64,000 nucleotides of DNA from an uncultured Thermoplasmata archaeon (GCA_963804505.1 CAWDQP010000007.1:132826-196825), one strand, 5' to 3'. Counted from the first letter of the stretch, positions 41,523-53,841 are shown. The notes: a model not told the origin generated them from the letters alone. Program-made: numbers and translations.

Positions 41523-43969
41523 TCAGGGCGGGGTCGGTTCGGGGCCCGGGGTCGTCGGCGCCGGGGGTTCGGCGGCGGTCTTCCGTCGGGGGCGGGGCGT
41601 CGCGGCCTTGCCGGCGGTCGTCCGTCGGGCGCGCGTGGCCGCGCGCTTCTTCGAGGCCGCGCCGGCCGCGCGGGCGGCCTTCGCCTCGTTCGCCTTCGCG
41701 CGCGTCGGGCATTCGGGGTTGATGCAGAGGGTCCACGGTCGGCGACCCGCCTCGATCGCGGTCACGACCGGCGCCCGGCAGACCGGGCACGGCGGCTGGT
41801 CCTTGTCGAGCTTGCCCCGCTGGGGGAGCGGATACGTCACGCGGCACTTAGGATAGCCGGAGCAGCCGACGAACCGGTTCCCGGCGAACGAGTACCGGAT
41901 GTGGAGCGGGCTCCCGCAGTTCGGGCAAACCCCGATCCGGAACGCCTTGTGATGCTCCGCGCAGTCCGGGTTGATGCAGTAGAAGTCCGGTCGCTGCCCC
42001 CGGAAGGTGATCTTCACCCGCGGCACCTTGCAGGTCGCGCAGAGGAACTCGGGCGCGGGCTCGATGAACCCCGCGGACGGGAGCGCGTAGTTCGCGGTGC
42101 ACGACCCGGGGTTGTTCACGCATTGGACCCAGCGCGCGCCGCGCGGGCTTCGGGCGAGCCGCAGGGCGCCGCCGCACTTCGCGCACGGCCCGACGAAATG
42201 CTGTCGGTCGAGCGCGCCCGTCAGCGTCTCCTTCACCCCGGCGGCGTTCGCGGAGAGGAGGGCGTAGGCCTCGCGCAGCATGTCGCGCGACTCGGCGAGC
42301 ACTTCCTCCTTCGGCTTCTTCGACTGGGCGACCAGCTCCATGTCCTCCTCGAGCCGGTGGGTCATCTCGGGCCGGGTGATCACCGGAGCGTGCGCGCGCA
42401 GCGCTTCCGTGACGGCGATCCCGGTCGACGTCGGCTCGAGCTGACGCTGGTTGACGTAGTGCCGGTCGAACAGCTTCTGGAGCACGTCATGTCGGGTGCT
42501 CTTCGTGCCCAGGCCCAGGCGCTCCATCTCCTGGATGAGCGTTCCCTGCGTGTATCGGCGCGGCGGCTTCGTGTGGTCCTCCCTAAGGTCGATCGAGTCG
42601 ATCGCGACCGTCTCTCCGACCGAGAGTGGCGGCATCGCCGACTCGTCCGGCTGCGAGTACGGGTAGACCCGGTACCAACCGGGGTCCAGGATCTTCTGGC
42701 CCTTCCCCTCGAACCGCTCGCCCCGGATCTCGACCGCGACCGTGCGGCTCCGGCCGATCGCGTCCGGGGCGAGGGTCGCGAGGAACCGGCGGACGACCAG
42801 CTCGTAGACCTTTGCCGCGTCCGGGCGCAGCTTCTTCGGGTCCACGACCCCGGTCGGGTAGATCGGCGGGTGGTCGGTGGTCTCGGAACGCCCCCGCGTG
42901 GGGCGGAACGAAGGCTGGGTGAGCACGAACTCCGCGGCCTCGGCGAACGGCCCTTCGCGGAACTTCTCCACGAGGGTCCGCAGCCCGAGCCCGCGCGGGT
43001 AGACCGTGTTGTCGGTCCTCGGGTAGCTGATCAGGCCGCGCGTGTAGAGGTCCTCGGCGATCCGCATGGCCATCGCGGCACCGAGGCCCGCCCGCACGGC
43101 CTCGGCAACGAACAGCGTGGTCGAGAACGGGATCGGCGGACGACGCCGCGTCTCCTCCTCCACGAACTCTCGGACCACCCCGTCCTTCGCCCCGTGGAGC
43201 CGCCGGAAGGCCTGCTCGGCCTCCTCCTTCTTCTCCCAGATCCCGTGAGCGTGGCGGAGGGAGAACGCCTCCGCGTCCTTCGAGCCCTGGGCGGCGATCT
43301 CCCAGTACGGGGTCGGCACGAACTCCTTGATCGCCTGGTCGCGCTCGACCAGCAGGGCGAGCGTCGGGGTCTGGACCCGGCCGACGGAGAGGAACCCGCG
43401 TCCCTGCTGCTGGGCGGTCAGCGAGAGGTATCGGGTCAGGAGCGCGCCCCAGACAAGGTCGATCTCCTGCCGTGCCTCGGCCGCCGCCGCGAGCGCGTGG
43501 TCCATCTCGGCCGGTTTCGCGAAGCTCTGCTCGATCTCGTCGCGCGTGAGCGCGCTGTAGCGGGCCCGCTTCACTTCGATGCTCGGGTGGACCTTCTGCA
43601 GCAGCTCCAGGCACTCCTGGCCGATCAGCTCCCCTTCGCGGTCGAAGTCGGTCGCGATGATGACGCGGTCGAAGCCGCGCACGATCGATTGGAGCGTGCC
43701 GACGATCCCCTCTTCCGTGACCCGCTTCTCGGGGGGGCGTCGAGGAGCTTCGGGAGCGTGGCGAGGGACCACTCCGACAGTTCCTTCGGATAGTCGAGCT
43801 CGACGATGTGCCCGCGCAGCCCCACGACCGCGAACGGTCCCTCGGGCCGCTCGAACTCGAAGACGTTCGTCCCGGCCGTCCGCGAGCGCTTCATGCGGCC
43901 CTCGGACAGGACCACGGCGATTCGCAACGCCGTGTTGAACTTCTCGGCGACAACGAGGGTGCGGGTCAC
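41523..43969 (-). CDS. topA: DNA topoisomerase I (type IA) with C-terminal zinc ribbons and a basic A/K/P-rich tail, 1 apparent frameshift
   Basis: Toprim N-terminus (V)TRTLVVAEKFNTALRIA... from the GTG at 43969 (frame of 43625..44128) shifts near 43745 into the 749-aa ORF 41523..43772 (IIATDFDREGE, GLISYPRTDN, four CxxC pairs). Confidence 0.92.
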
Positions 43970-44127
43970 GCGACCTCGTCGAGGCGACCCATCGTAATTA
44001 AAGGGTCGGGGCGCCGGGGTGGCGTCCGCCGTTCCGAACGTGGGCGCGCGCGTTCGACCGGGGCGTCCGGGCCGGCCGGGGTTCCCGACGCCCTCCGGAC
44101 CGTTCGGCGCGCGGTGCCGCGCCCACA

Positions 44128-44135
44128 TCTTATAG
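44128..44135 (+). promoter_or_regulatory. TATA-box-like element for tRNA-Phe
   Basis: TCTTATAG ends 25 nt before the tRNA 5' end. Confidence 0.4.
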
Positions 44136-44160
44136 CGGACGGATTGTCCCGTCGCTCGGC

Positions 44161-44234
44161 GCCGCGGTAACTCAGTTTGGGAGAGTGCAAGACTGAAGAT
44201 CTTGAAGCCGCCGGTTCAAGCCCGGCCCGCGGCA
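44161..44234 (+). tRNA. tRNA-Phe (anticodon GAA)
   Basis: Hand-folded cloverleaf: acceptor GCCGCGG/CCGCGGC, D stem ACTC/GAGT, anticodon stem CAAGA/TCTTG, loop CTGAAGA, T arm GCCGG-TTCAAGC-CCGGC, discriminator A. Confidence 0.92.
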
Positions 44235-44274
44235 CCTTCCCCCGGCTGACCGGCCGGAGGGCGGGGATCGTTCC

Positions 44275-45243
44275 CTAGACCCGCCCCGCTCGCTTCAGTG
44301 CCACGAGGGCGGTCGTGGTGATCCACCGGCTCGGAGAGCCCGGGGGCTCGAGCCACATCGGGTAGAACGGGGGCTTCGGGCGGTAGTTCGGGTCGTCCGA
44401 GTCGGGATGGACGGCGTCCAGGTTCCACGTGCCGTCGTTGTTCCTCCGTGCCTCGAGCCGGTCGAGCGCCGGTCGGATCCGGCGGTCGTCCCCGTACCCG
44501 AGCGCCGTGAGAAAGTCAAGGCCGACGAGATAGTCGTAGTAGTAGTGCACCGGATAGTGGAGCCGCAGCCACGGGGCGTACTCGCGCGGGCCCTCCCGCA
44601 ACAGTCCCCGGTCCAGGTAGAACTCCGCCCCGCGCTCGACCGACCGGTCGACCGCGCGCGACCGGAGGCTCGCGGGGAACGAAGCGAACGCGGCCATCGC
44701 CTCCCAGCCATCGAGCGTCCCCGTGCTCGACCGGAAGCAATGCCAGCCGCCGTCCTTCTTCTGGTGCCGAACCAACCAGTCGATGGCCCTGGCCAGCTGG
44801 GGCTCGTCGAGCCGCCCGAACTGGACGAGCATCCGGACGGCGTTGCCGGTGAAGCAGACCTCGCTCTCCTTCCCTCCGAAGCCTCCGGACGGCCCGCCCA
44901 TCCTGCGGACGAACAGCCGGAGCGCCTTCGCGATCCGGGGGTTCGTTCCGGGCACACCGAAATCCGAGAGGACGATCAGGCGCCAGTTCGTGGCGATGTA
45001 CTTGGGGCGGTAGAGCTCCGGGCCGGTCGTTCCGGCCGTGTCCCAGTGGCCCTCGGGGTGCTGCTCCTCGAGCATTCGGGCGGCCCAGCCGGCTTTGCCG
45101 ATCTCCTTCCGCGCACGGACAACCTCCGGATCGCTCGCCGACCGGTCGAGGAGCGACGTCAGCACGCGGAGCCGGATGCTGGGGTCCGCTCCCTCGAGCA
45201 GCCATCTCCTCAGGCGGGCCGGGACCGTCACGCGCCGCCCCAA
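44275..45243 (-). CDS. Prenyltransferase/squalene-cyclase-repeat family protein (paralog of 10537..11508)
   Basis: Intact 322-aa ORF sharing blocks with the paralog: PKYIATNWRL, GGFGG, KKDGGWHC, RGAEFYL, HYPVHYYYDYLVGLDFLTALGYG, and NDGTWNLDAVHPD. Confidence 0.75.
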   Translation of the reverse strand: MGRRVTVPARLRRWLLEGADPSIRLRVLTSLLDRSASDPEVVRARKEIGKAGWAARMLEEQHPEGHWDTAGTTGPELYRPKYIATNWRLIVLSDFGVPGTNPRIAKALRLFVRRMGGPSGGFGGKESEVCFTGNAVRMLVQFGRLDEPQLARAIDWLVRHQKKDGGWHCFRSSTGTLDGWEAMAAFASFPASLRSRAVDRSVERGAEFYLDRGLLREGPREYAPWLRLHYPVHYYYDYLVGLDFLTALGYGDDRRIRPALDRLEARRNNDGTWNLDAVHPDSDDPNYRPKPPFYPMWLEPPGSPSRWITTTALVALKRAGRV

Positions 45244-45338
45244 GCGGCGGGCCCATAAACGGTCGAGGACCCCTTCGTTCCCCGGGGCTCCCCGAGGGTT
45301 CCGGAAACCTTCTTCGGCTCGGCCCCCTTTCGACCGTT

Positions 45339-45907
45339 GTGCCCGAGCCTCGTCGCTTCGCGCGCTTCCGACGAGAGCCGTTGGCCGGCCGCCCGCACGT
45401 GTTCCCCCTGCCGGACGACGGGTTGTGCCTGTCGACGTTCGTGCTCTTGCAGCCCAAGGGCCGCCCCCGCGAGGTCTTGCTCGGTCGGATGGACCCGGCG
45501 GGCCCGTGGGAAAAGGCCGCGTCCCTCGACCCCGCGCGTGTGGCCGCGTTCAAGGACGGCTGGGTCCTTCCCGCGTGCCAGCTCCTGTTCTTCGAGGACC
45601 CCGCGGCGGCGGCGCGACGGATCGTCGTCGACCTGCTGGGGCGGACCGACATCGTGTTCGATCCGCCGCAGCTCTTCTCGGAGGCGTACGCCCGGCCCAA
45701 CGCCGGGGCCTCCGACCCGCACTGGGACCTCCACTTCGTCTACCGGGCCGAGTGGCCGGGGGAGACCCCGCGCGCTCGAAGGGGCGCTTCTGGAACGACC
45801 TAGAGTTCGTGGAGGTCGGGGCGACGCCGAGGACCGCGTTCGCCCGCGCGCACGGCGACATCCTTGCCTTGGCGGGGCTGCCGCCCCGGGACCCGGACCC
45901 GACCTAG
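45339..45907 (+). CDS. NUDIX-fold-like protein (degenerate Nudix box), 1 apparent frameshift
   Basis: ORF 45339..45803 (GWVLPACQLLFFEDPAAAARRIVVDLLG) continues after about 45775 as FWNDLEFVEVG...AHGDILALAG in the frame ending at 45907. Confidence 0.45.
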
Positions 45908-46431
45908 GCGCGGGCCGGGACGAACCAGAGGTCCGTGATCCGGTAGCGGGGTGTCTCCGCGAAGCGCGCCTCGACCGGCATCCCGACGTACAGGTCAGCC
46001 TCGACCGCGTCCTTGAGCCGGGTGAGCAGGAGGCTGTTCGCGCCCTCGAACTCGATCAGAGCGAGGTTGTACGGGGTCTCCTTCAGGAACGCCTCGCTGC
46101 CGAAATGGCACGTCGTCCAGGAGTGCACCCGGCCCCGCGTTGGGAGCTCGAGCCACTCCGTCGGCCGGCCGCAGACCATGCAGTGCGAGCGCGGCGTCGC
46201 GTAGACGAACCGGCATTTCGGGTTGGTGCAGCGCGAGCCGAGGATCTTCTTCTCCGCGAGCGCGAGGAAGAACGGGGAGTCCTCCGCGTAGCTGTGGATG
46301 TACCGGATGGAGTACGGGTCGTCGATGATGAGGCTCTCGACGGAGTCCTTGTCGCGGAAGAGGGCGGCGCCCGAGCGGGCGAGCTCCTCCTGGACTTCCC
46401 GGAAATGCTCGAACACCTTCGGCTTCGTCAT
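45904..46431 (-). CDS. DUF35 OB-fold/zinc-ribbon protein (thiolase-associated)
   Basis: MTKPKVFEHF... from ATG 46431: CTNPKCRFVYATPRSHCMVCG, then an OB-fold part. This is the 3' end of the run-on ORF 45904..48366. Confidence 0.88.
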   Translation of the reverse strand: MTKPKVFEHFREVQEELARSGAALFRDKDSVESLIIDDPYSIRYIHSYAEDSPFFLALAEKKILGSRCTNPKCRFVYATPRSHCMVCGRPTEWLELPTRGRVHSWTTCHFGSEAFLKETPYNLALIEFEGANSLLLTRLKDAVEADLYVGMPVEARFAETPRYRITDLWFVPARA

Positions 46432-46433
46432 TG

Positions 46434-47766
46434 TTACCACCCCCGCTCGAGGATCGACACGGTCACCGCCGAACCGGTCCCCGCGTGGCTGTGGATCGCC
46501 CCGCGTCGGGCGTCCTTGATCTGGAGCGTCCCGTCGCCGAAGTGGCGCCGGATCGTGCCTTGGAGCTGCCAGAACGCGAAGACGCCCTGCATCAGGCCGG
46601 TCGCGCCGACGGGGTGGCCGCACGCGATGAGCCCTCCGGACGGGTTGACCGGGATCTTCCCGGCTTCGGGCACGTTCAGCCCGTAATCGATGTTCTTGAG
46701 GAACGGCGCCCCCGAGAGCGTGAAGTCGTACCCTTCGCCGTACTTGCAGAGCCCCAGGTCTTCGTACGTCTGGATCTCGCTGGACGCGTAGGCGTCGTGG
46801 AGCTCGATGAAATCGAGCTCCTTTCGCGGGTCCTTGATCCCCGCCATCCGGTACGCCTCGATCCCCGCCGCACGACCGGCCCGGAACGAATGGACGCCGG
46901 GGTAGGGGAGGTTCTCGTAATCGCTGGCCTTCTCGTGGGGATGGAGCGGGACCTTCCCGAACGGCCGGTCGGCGAGTCGCATCGTGTCGGTGCCGCAGCC
47001 GACCCCGACGACCCGCACCGGGCGGTCGGTGAACTCGCGGGCGCGCGACTCGTCGCAGAGAACGGCCACGGCGGCCCCGTCGGACATCGTGCAGATCTGG
47101 TCGCGGGTCAGCGGGTAGGAGATCATCTCGGAGGCGAGGACGTCGTCGACCGTGACCGGCTTCGGGTACTGGGCGTACGGGTTGTGGAGCGCGTTGCGGT
47201 GGTTCTTCACCGAGACCCAGCTCATGATCCGCTGACCCTCGGCGATCGCCAGCCGCTGCGCCTCGCGCTCGTCCTTCACGTGAGCGAACTTTCCGAGGCG
47301 CAGGTACTCGTAGATGTGGCGTACGACCATCAGCGCGTAGTAGCCCGTGTAGAACCCGCCGAGCGGGAAGTCGAAGTTGGTGTCGGAGCGCGAGCGCGAT
47401 GAACTCGTTGCCCTTCCACGTGGCCACGCGGCTCATCGTCTCGAAGCCCGCCGTGAGGCAGACGTCCATGCGGCCGCTCGCGACCGCCTCGTACGCGGCC
47501 TGGAAGCACTCGCCGCCGGTGGCCCCGCCCCACTCGATCCGGACCGAGCCCTTCGGGTTCATCCCGAGGTAGTCCTGGACCATGCTCGCGGCCTTGAGCT
47601 GGCGGGAGAAGTGGTCGGAGAAGTAGGAGATCCGCGTCCCGTCGATCCGGTCCTTCGTCAGGTTCGGGATCCCCTTCAGGGCGTAGTCGTACGCGCGCTT
47701 GACCATCAGGCGGAAGTCCATCGCCGGATGGGCTTTCGCGAACTTGGTCACCCCGCCCGTGACCAT
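46434..47766 (-). CDS. Thiolase-family acetyl-CoA acetyltransferase (archaeal/SCP-x type), 1 apparent frameshift; start uncertain
   Basis: N-terminal VYMVTGGVTKFAK...GGATGGECFQAAYEAVASGRMDVCLTAGFE shifts near 47340-47400 into ORF 46434..47330 (CTMSDGAAVAVL, ELHDAYASSE, NPSGGLIACGHPVGATG). Confidence 0.88.
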
Positions 47767-47964
47767 GTAGACCTTCCGTCCGCTTGACGCGGGGCGGCGC
47801 GGGGCTGCCGCACGCGCCGCCGGGCGACGCACGCTTCTCCGGGAACGAGCCGGCATTTCGTGACCTCGCGCGGCGCAGGAAGGTCGGGGTCTTAACGTTC
47901 GGCGGCGGCCGAGAACCGCCCGCGGGCAGCAGGCTTTTTCCGCGTCGAGACGCTTCCGCGGCCG

Positions 47965-48907
<943 letters not shown>

Positions 48908-48949
48908 CGGCGCCGACCCGACCTTGCGTCCGACGGTTCGCGCGCGGGC

Positions 48950-49420
48950 TCACCCTGGTGCCGCCGTCTCGGGCGACGCGCGGAGCCGGACCTTGAGGAG
49001 GTGCTCGAGCTTCCGGACGAGGGCGTCCGGAGGATGCATCGACCCGGACTCGATCTTGAGGACGACCGATTTTTTCTCGTTCAGGCGCTTCCCGAGCTCC
49101 TCCGGGTTCCACCCGAGCGCCTCGCGCGCGATCCGCACCTTGTGTCCCCAGTCGGGAGCGAGCTCGAGCTCCCCGATCTCCTGGTACAGGTCCCGTTCCT
49201 CGAGCCGACGCGGTCGCCCCGCCGGTCGCGTCGCCGTCACGACCGCTCCGCCGCGGCTCCGGGACGCCCCGGTCGGGGGGACCGGCGCCGTAACGGGAGC
49301 GGGCGGTGGGTCGACCAAGGTCCCGAAGCGGGCGCAGTCGGGGCAGAGGGCGAGGATCGTTCTCTCGAGACGCACGCGGCTCGTCGATTCGACGTCCTTT
49401 CCACACATTTCACACAACAT
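48950..49420 (-). CDS. Multiprotein-bridging factor 1 family transcriptional regulator (Zn ribbon + HTH)
   Basis: Intact 156-aa ORF: MLCEMCGKDV...LCPDCARFG, and a C-terminal HTH IAREALGWNPEELGKRLNEKKSVVLKIESG. Confidence 0.88.
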   Translation of the reverse strand: MLCEMCGKDVESTSRVRLERTILALCPDCARFGTLVDPPPAPVTAPVPPTGASRSRGGAVVTATRPAGRPRRLEERDLYQEIGELELAPDWGHKVRIAREALGWNPEELGKRLNEKKSVVLKIESGSMHPPDALVRKLEHLLKVRLRASPETAAPG

Positions 49421-49429
49421 AGTACTCTC

Positions 49430-49910
49430 CTACGGCCGCCGCCGCGACCGTTTGCGGGCCTCCATGCGCTGTCGGCCCTCCTCGAACCGGGTCCGCTCCT
49501 CGGGCGTCCCAAGGGCGAGCGGGGGTACGGGCACCGGGTGGCCCGAGGCGTCCACCGCCACCATCGTCACGTAGGCTTCGCCCACGAGCCGTGGGGGACC
49601 GCCCAGAACCTCTTCCGCCGAAACCCGCACCCAGACCTCCATCGACGACCGCCCCACGTAGGTCAGCTGGGCCGTGAAATCGACCACTTCCCCGACCCGG
49701 ACCGGGAGGATGAAGTCGACCCGGTCGAACGAGCGCGGTCACGCACGTGGCCTTGGCGTGCCGCGACGCGGTGATGTAGGCGACCCGGTCGACCTCCGAG
49801 AGGATCTCGCCCCCAAAGACCGCCCCCGTGAAGTTGGCGTCCGTGGGGACCATAAGTCGGACGACGGAGGCGCGGCTGGACGCGACCGTACCGGCTGGCA
49901 AGTCGTTCAC
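49430..49910 (-). CDS. Acyl-CoA thioesterase (hotdog fold), 1 apparent frameshift
   Basis: LMVPTDANFTGAVFGGEILSEVDRVAYITASRHA (ORF 49410..49910) joins VDFTAQLTYVGRSSMEVWVRV (ORF 49430..49687) near 49735. Confidence 0.85.
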
Positions 49911-50075
49911 GCGGAGCGACCTTCGGGGACTAGAGAGGCTGGAGAGACCGCCCGTCTAAATGTGTTTGGACCGTCCCACCCCGTCCCCGGAGGCTGGAAC
50001 GGCACGCTTCGAACCGTTGCTCGACCCCGGAGGATGGCTCAATAACGGCCGGTCCGTGCGGCGGTCGGAGAGAGC

Positions 50076-50486
50076 ATGCCCGCCGCCAAGAAATCAGGAA
50101 AAGCGAAGCGCGCGAAGACCGGACGGCCGTCGATCTCGAGCATCGCCGTCGTCGTCTCGGACCGGAAGAAGGCCGTCGACTGGTACACCAAGAAGCTCGG
50201 CCTCGACCTGCTGGTCAACGCGGACCACTGGATCACCGTGGGCCGGAAGGGGAAGGAGGGGAGCCTGCACCTGTGCCGCGTGGCCGACTTTGACTCGAAG
50301 GGAAAGCTCGAACCCGGCAACTCGGGGATCGCGCTGCGGCTTGCGGGCGACTTCGAGGACAGCTGCGCTGCGATCGAGGCCCGAGGCGTCACCTTCTCGC
50401 AGCCGGCGGTCAAGGAGGATTGGGGCTGGTACGCCGGGGTTCGGGATCCGGACGGCAACGAGATCTGGCTCATGCCGGAGGAGTAG
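50076..50486 (+). CDS. VOC/glyoxalase-family protein with a basic N-terminal tail (paralog of 6995..7399)
   Basis: Intact 136-aa ORF: DRKKAVDWYTKKLGLDLL...GIALRLAGD...GWYAGVRDPDGNEIWLM. Confidence 0.88.
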   Translation: MPAAKKSGKAKRAKTGRPSISSIAVVVSDRKKAVDWYTKKLGLDLLVNADHWITVGRKGKEGSLHLCRVADFDSKGKLEPGNSGIALRLAGDFEDSCAAIEARGVTFSQPAVKEDWGWYAGVRDPDGNEIWLMPEE

Positions 50487-50752
50487 GCCCCTTCGCTCGC
50501 AACGGGGCGCCGCGCCGGTTCGTCGAGCGCGCTCGAGCCGCCGACACCCTTGCGGGGAGGCTCCCTGGCCGGGATCCGGGGGCGTCGAGGGTGGGGCGGC
50601 CTTCGCCCCCCCGGCCGCGGGCGGGCGGATAGGGCTGCCGCGATCGCACGGCGCGCCGCGTCCCGGTGCCGAGACCCGGGGTGCTGCGAGGGCCTTCGGA
50701 CCGCCCGGATGCCTCGCGCCGTCGTTCTCTCGGCGGCGCGGCGCGACAATGC

Positions 50753-50760
50753 CTAAATAG
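50753..50760 (+). promoter_or_regulatory. TATA-box-like element upstream of the EF-1alpha gene
   Basis: CTAAATAG ends 34 nt before the ATG at 50795. Confidence 0.45.
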
Positions 50761-50794
50761 GGGTACCTTTTGGGCGCGCCCGGAGCCGCACCCC

Positions 50795-52072
50795 ATGGCA
50801 CAGAAGCCGCACCTCAACGTCGTCTTCATCGGACACGTCGATCACGGTAAGTCGACGACGGTGGGACGTATCCTCCTCGATACGGGGAACATCCGCCAGG
50901 AAGAGATCGACAAGTTCCGCGCCGAAGCCGAGTCGAAGGGCAAGGCGACGTTCGAGTTCGCCTGGGTCATGGACGAGCTCAAGGAAGAGCGGGAACGCGG
51001 TGTCACGATCGACATCGCGCACCGCCGCTTTGACACCCAGAAGTACTACTTCACCATCATCGACGCGCCCGGCCACCGCGACTTCGTGAAGAACATGATC
51101 ACGGGGACGAGCCAGGCCGACGCGGCGGTGCTCGTCTGCTCGGCGGCGGAGGGGATCCAGGAGCAGACCCGCGAGCACATCTTCCTCTCGAGGACCCTCG
51201 GCGTCACGCAGCTGATCTGCGCCGTCAACAAGATGGACCGCCAGGAGGTCGCCTACTCCGAGGCGAAGTTCAACACGGTCAAGGAGGAGCTGACGAAGCT
51301 CCTCAAGAACGTCGGGTTCAAGGTCGCCGAGCAGGTCGTCTTCGTCCCGATCTCGGCGTTCAAGGACGACAACATCAACAAGGCGAGCCCGAACATGCCC
51401 TGGTTCAAGGGCCAGACCCTGCTCCAGGCGCTCGACAGCCTGAAGGTCCCCGAGAAGCCGACGGGCAAGCCCCTGCGGCTCCCGGTCCAGGACGTCTACA
51501 CGATCACGGGGATCGGAACGGTCCCGGTCGGACGCGTGGAGACGGGGACGCTCAAGATCGGCGACAAGATCACCTTCATGCCCAGCGGGAAGTCGGGCGA
51601 AGTGAAGTCGATCGAGATGCACCACGAGGCGGTCACCGAGGCGCAACCCGGGGACAACATCGGGTTCAACATCCGCGGGATCGACAAGAACGACATCCGT
51701 CGCGGCGACGTCGCGGGTCCGGCCTCGGCGCCCCCGACCGTGGTCGAGAGCTTCATCGCGAACGTCCAGGTCCTCAACCATCCCAGCGTGATCACGGTCG
51801 GCTACACGCCGGTCTTCCACTGCCACACGGCGCAGGTCGCGTGCGAGTTCACCGAGCTCCAGAAGCGCCTCGACCCGAAGACGGGCCAGGTGGCCGAGGA
51901 GAACCCCCAGACCCTCAAGACCGGCGACGCGGCGGTGGTCAAGATCACGCCGAAGCGCCCGCTCGTGCTGGAGAAGTACAAGGAGTTCCCGCAGCTCGGC
52001 CGGTTCGCGGTCCGCGACATGGGCCAGACCGTCGCCGCCGGCGTCGTCGTCGACGTCAAGAAGCGCGAGTAG
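50795..52072 (+). CDS. tuf: Translation elongation factor EF-1 alpha
   Basis: Internal ATG of ORF 50666..52072: [29 protein letters not shown], and NKMD. Intact. Confidence 0.97.
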   Translation: MAQKPHLNVVFIGHVDHGKSTTVGRILLDTGNIRQEEIDKFRAEAESKGKATFEFAWVMDELKEERERGVTIDIAHRRFDTQKYYFTIIDAPGHRDFVKNMITGTSQADAAVLVCSAAEGIQEQTREHIFLSRTLGVTQLICAVNKMDRQEVAYSEAKFNTVKEELTKLLKNVGFKVAEQVVFVPISAFKDDNINKASPNMPWFKGQTLLQALDSLKVPEKPTGKPLRLPVQDVYTITGIGTVPVGRVETGTLKIGDKITFMPSGKSGEVKSIEMHHEAVTEAQPGDNIGFNIRGIDKNDIRRGDVAGPASAPPTVVESFIANVQVLNHPSVITVGYTPVFHCHTAQVACEFTELQKRLDPKTGQVAEENPQTLKTGDAAVVKITPKRPLVLEKYKEFPQLGRFAVRDMGQTVAAGVVVDVKKRE

Positions 52073-52115
52073 GCCCCGAGTCGGGCGACGGGTCGACCGG
52101 CGGGATGGGCTATCG

Positions 52116-52427
52116 ATGGTGCAGAAAGCCCGGATCTCGCTGAGCGGAACCGACGCCCGCAAGGTCGACTCGATCTGCAAGATGATCCGGGAGATCTCCA
52201 CGAAGACGGGCGTCGCGATCTCCGGTCCGATCCCGCTGCCGACGAAGAAGCTCCGCGTCCCGGTCCGCAAGGGCCCGGACGGCGGCGGCACGAGCACGAT
52301 CGACCACTGGGAGATGCGGATCCACAAGCGCCTGATCGACATCGACGCCGACGAGCGGGCGCTCCGCCAGGTGATGCGGATCCAGGTCCCGGACGGCGTC
52401 AACATCGAGATCGTTCTCACGGGGTGA
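52116..52427 (+). CDS. rps10: 30S ribosomal protein S10
   Basis: Intact 103-aa ORF: [20 protein letters not shown]...[30 protein letters not shown]. Confidence 0.96.
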   Translation: MVQKARISLSGTDARKVDSICKMIREISTKTGVAISGPIPLPTKKLRVPVRKGPDGGGTSTIDHWEMRIHKRLIDIDADERALRQVMRIQVPDGVNIEIVLTG

Positions 52428-52431
52428 GCGG

Positions 52432-53061
52432 TTGCTCGCCCGGGGGGCCGTCCGGCTGGTCGGGCCGGCCGTGGCCGCCTTCGCGCTCGTCCTGACCCTG
52501 ATCGGTTTTCGGTGGTGGGCCGTCGGCCCGGCCTCGCTGGCGGTCGCGGTCGTCCTCGCGGCCCTCGCGACGTTCCTCCTCGTCTTCTTTCGCGACCCCG
52601 ACCGACTTCCGGGCGCCGGGATCGTGTCCGCCGCGGACGGGCGGGTACGGGCCGTCGACCGGGTCGGGGACGCGTGGCGGATCTCGGTCTTCATGAACGT
52701 CACGAACGTCCACGTCAACCGCCTGCCGCTCGACGGCCGAGGTCGAATCGATCGAGGGGAGCGGGTCGGGGTTCCGTGCCGCCTACCGTCCGGACGCGGA
52801 GCGCAACGTCCAGCGCCGCTACCGGTCTGAAGACCGCGCTCGGGCCCGTCGAGGTGGTCCAGATCACGGGGGTCGTCGCCCGCCGGCTGGTCTCGTTCGT
52901 CCGGGTCGGTGGGTCCGGACGCAAAGGCGATCGGTTGGGGATGATCGTCCTCGGGTCGCGGGTCGACGTGCGTCCTGCCCGGTGACCGGTCGCGCCCGAC
53001 GGTCCGCGTGGGCGACCGGGTGCGCGCGGGCCTCTCGACGATCGCCGTCGAGGTTCCGTGA
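52432..53061 (+). CDS. psd: Archaetidylserine (phosphatidylserine) decarboxylase proenzyme, about 3 apparent frameshifts
   Basis: TM N-terminus, FFRDPDR, SAADGRV, VFMNVTNVHVNRLPLDG, then pieces in other frames (...VQITGVVARRLV..., GMIVLGSRVDV, VLPGD...VRVGDRVRAGLSTIA). The stop overlaps the next GTG (GTGA). Confidence 0.8.
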
Positions 53062-53807
53062 CGGATCGCTGGCGCGTGGGGGCGAACCTGGCCACGCTCG
53101 CGAACGGCGCGCTCGGGGTCGGGGCGATCCTGTACACGCTCGCCGGCAACAAGCTCTGGGCGATGCTGCTCATCGCGTGCGCCATCGGGTTTGACGGTCT
53201 GGACGGCCTGCTTTCGCGGCGGAGCCCGAAGCCGTCGGGACTGTTCGGCCGGATCGCGGACTCCGCGGCCGACGGCACGACGTTCGGCCTCGCGCCGGCG
53301 TTCCTGATCGCGGTCCACACCGGGAACGTCGCGACCTGGGCCCCCTGGGAACCGGTCGCCGTGGGCCTTGCCGCGGTCTACTTCGCGGCGGCGGTCGCCC
53401 GTCTTGCGTACTTCACCGCACGGGCGCACCAGCATCCGTACTTCCTCGGCGTGCCCACGCCCGAGAGCGCCCTCGCGCTCATCGTGGCGCTCCTCTTCCA
53501 CGACACCCCCGCGTTCCAGAGCGTGCAGCCGATCGGGCTGCTCACGGGGGTCGCGGTCCTCTCGGTGATGATGGTCGTGCCGGTCGCGTATCCGAAGGTG
53601 CGGCGCGGATCGCCGTTCCGTTTCGTCGCGATCGCGACGGGCGTCCTCGCCGGGCTCGCGCTCGTTCCCCTCCAGTTCCGCCCCGCCCCGGGGTCGGCGC
53701 TCTACCTCTTCGCGGACATCGCCTCGCTCGGTCTCCTGGTCGGCGTGGCGTGCTACTATCTCCTCGGGCCGTTCTACGCCAAGAAGGTCGTTCCTGGCCC
53801 CGGGTGA
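53058..53807 (+). CDS. pssA: CDP-alcohol phosphatidyltransferase (archaetidylserine synthase-like)
   Basis: Intact 249-aa multi-TM ORF with the DG(x)2SR...G(x)3D(x)3D-type motif FDGLDGLLSRR...GRIADSAADGTTF. Confidence 0.85.
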   Translation: MTDRWRVGANLATLANGALGVGAILYTLAGNKLWAMLLIACAIGFDGLDGLLSRRSPKPSGLFGRIADSAADGTTFGLAPAFLIAVHTGNVATWAPWEPVAVGLAAVYFAAAVARLAYFTARAHQHPYFLGVPTPESALALIVALLFHDTPAFQSVQPIGLLTGVAVLSVMMVVPVAYPKVRRGSPFRFVAIATGVLAGLALVPLQFRPAPGSALYLFADIASLGLLVGVACYYLLGPFYAKKVVPGPG

Positions 53808-53841
53808 ACCACCGTGCGACGGCGACCGAAGACCGACGCCC

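Noticed and set aside
41286-43793. 835-aa plus-strand ORF
   Set aside because: It is antisense to topoisomerase I, with low-complexity R/G/A/P/E/D composition and no recognisable domain.
50753-52420. 555-aa minus-strand ORF
   Set aside because: It is antisense to EF-1alpha and S10, which are unambiguous.
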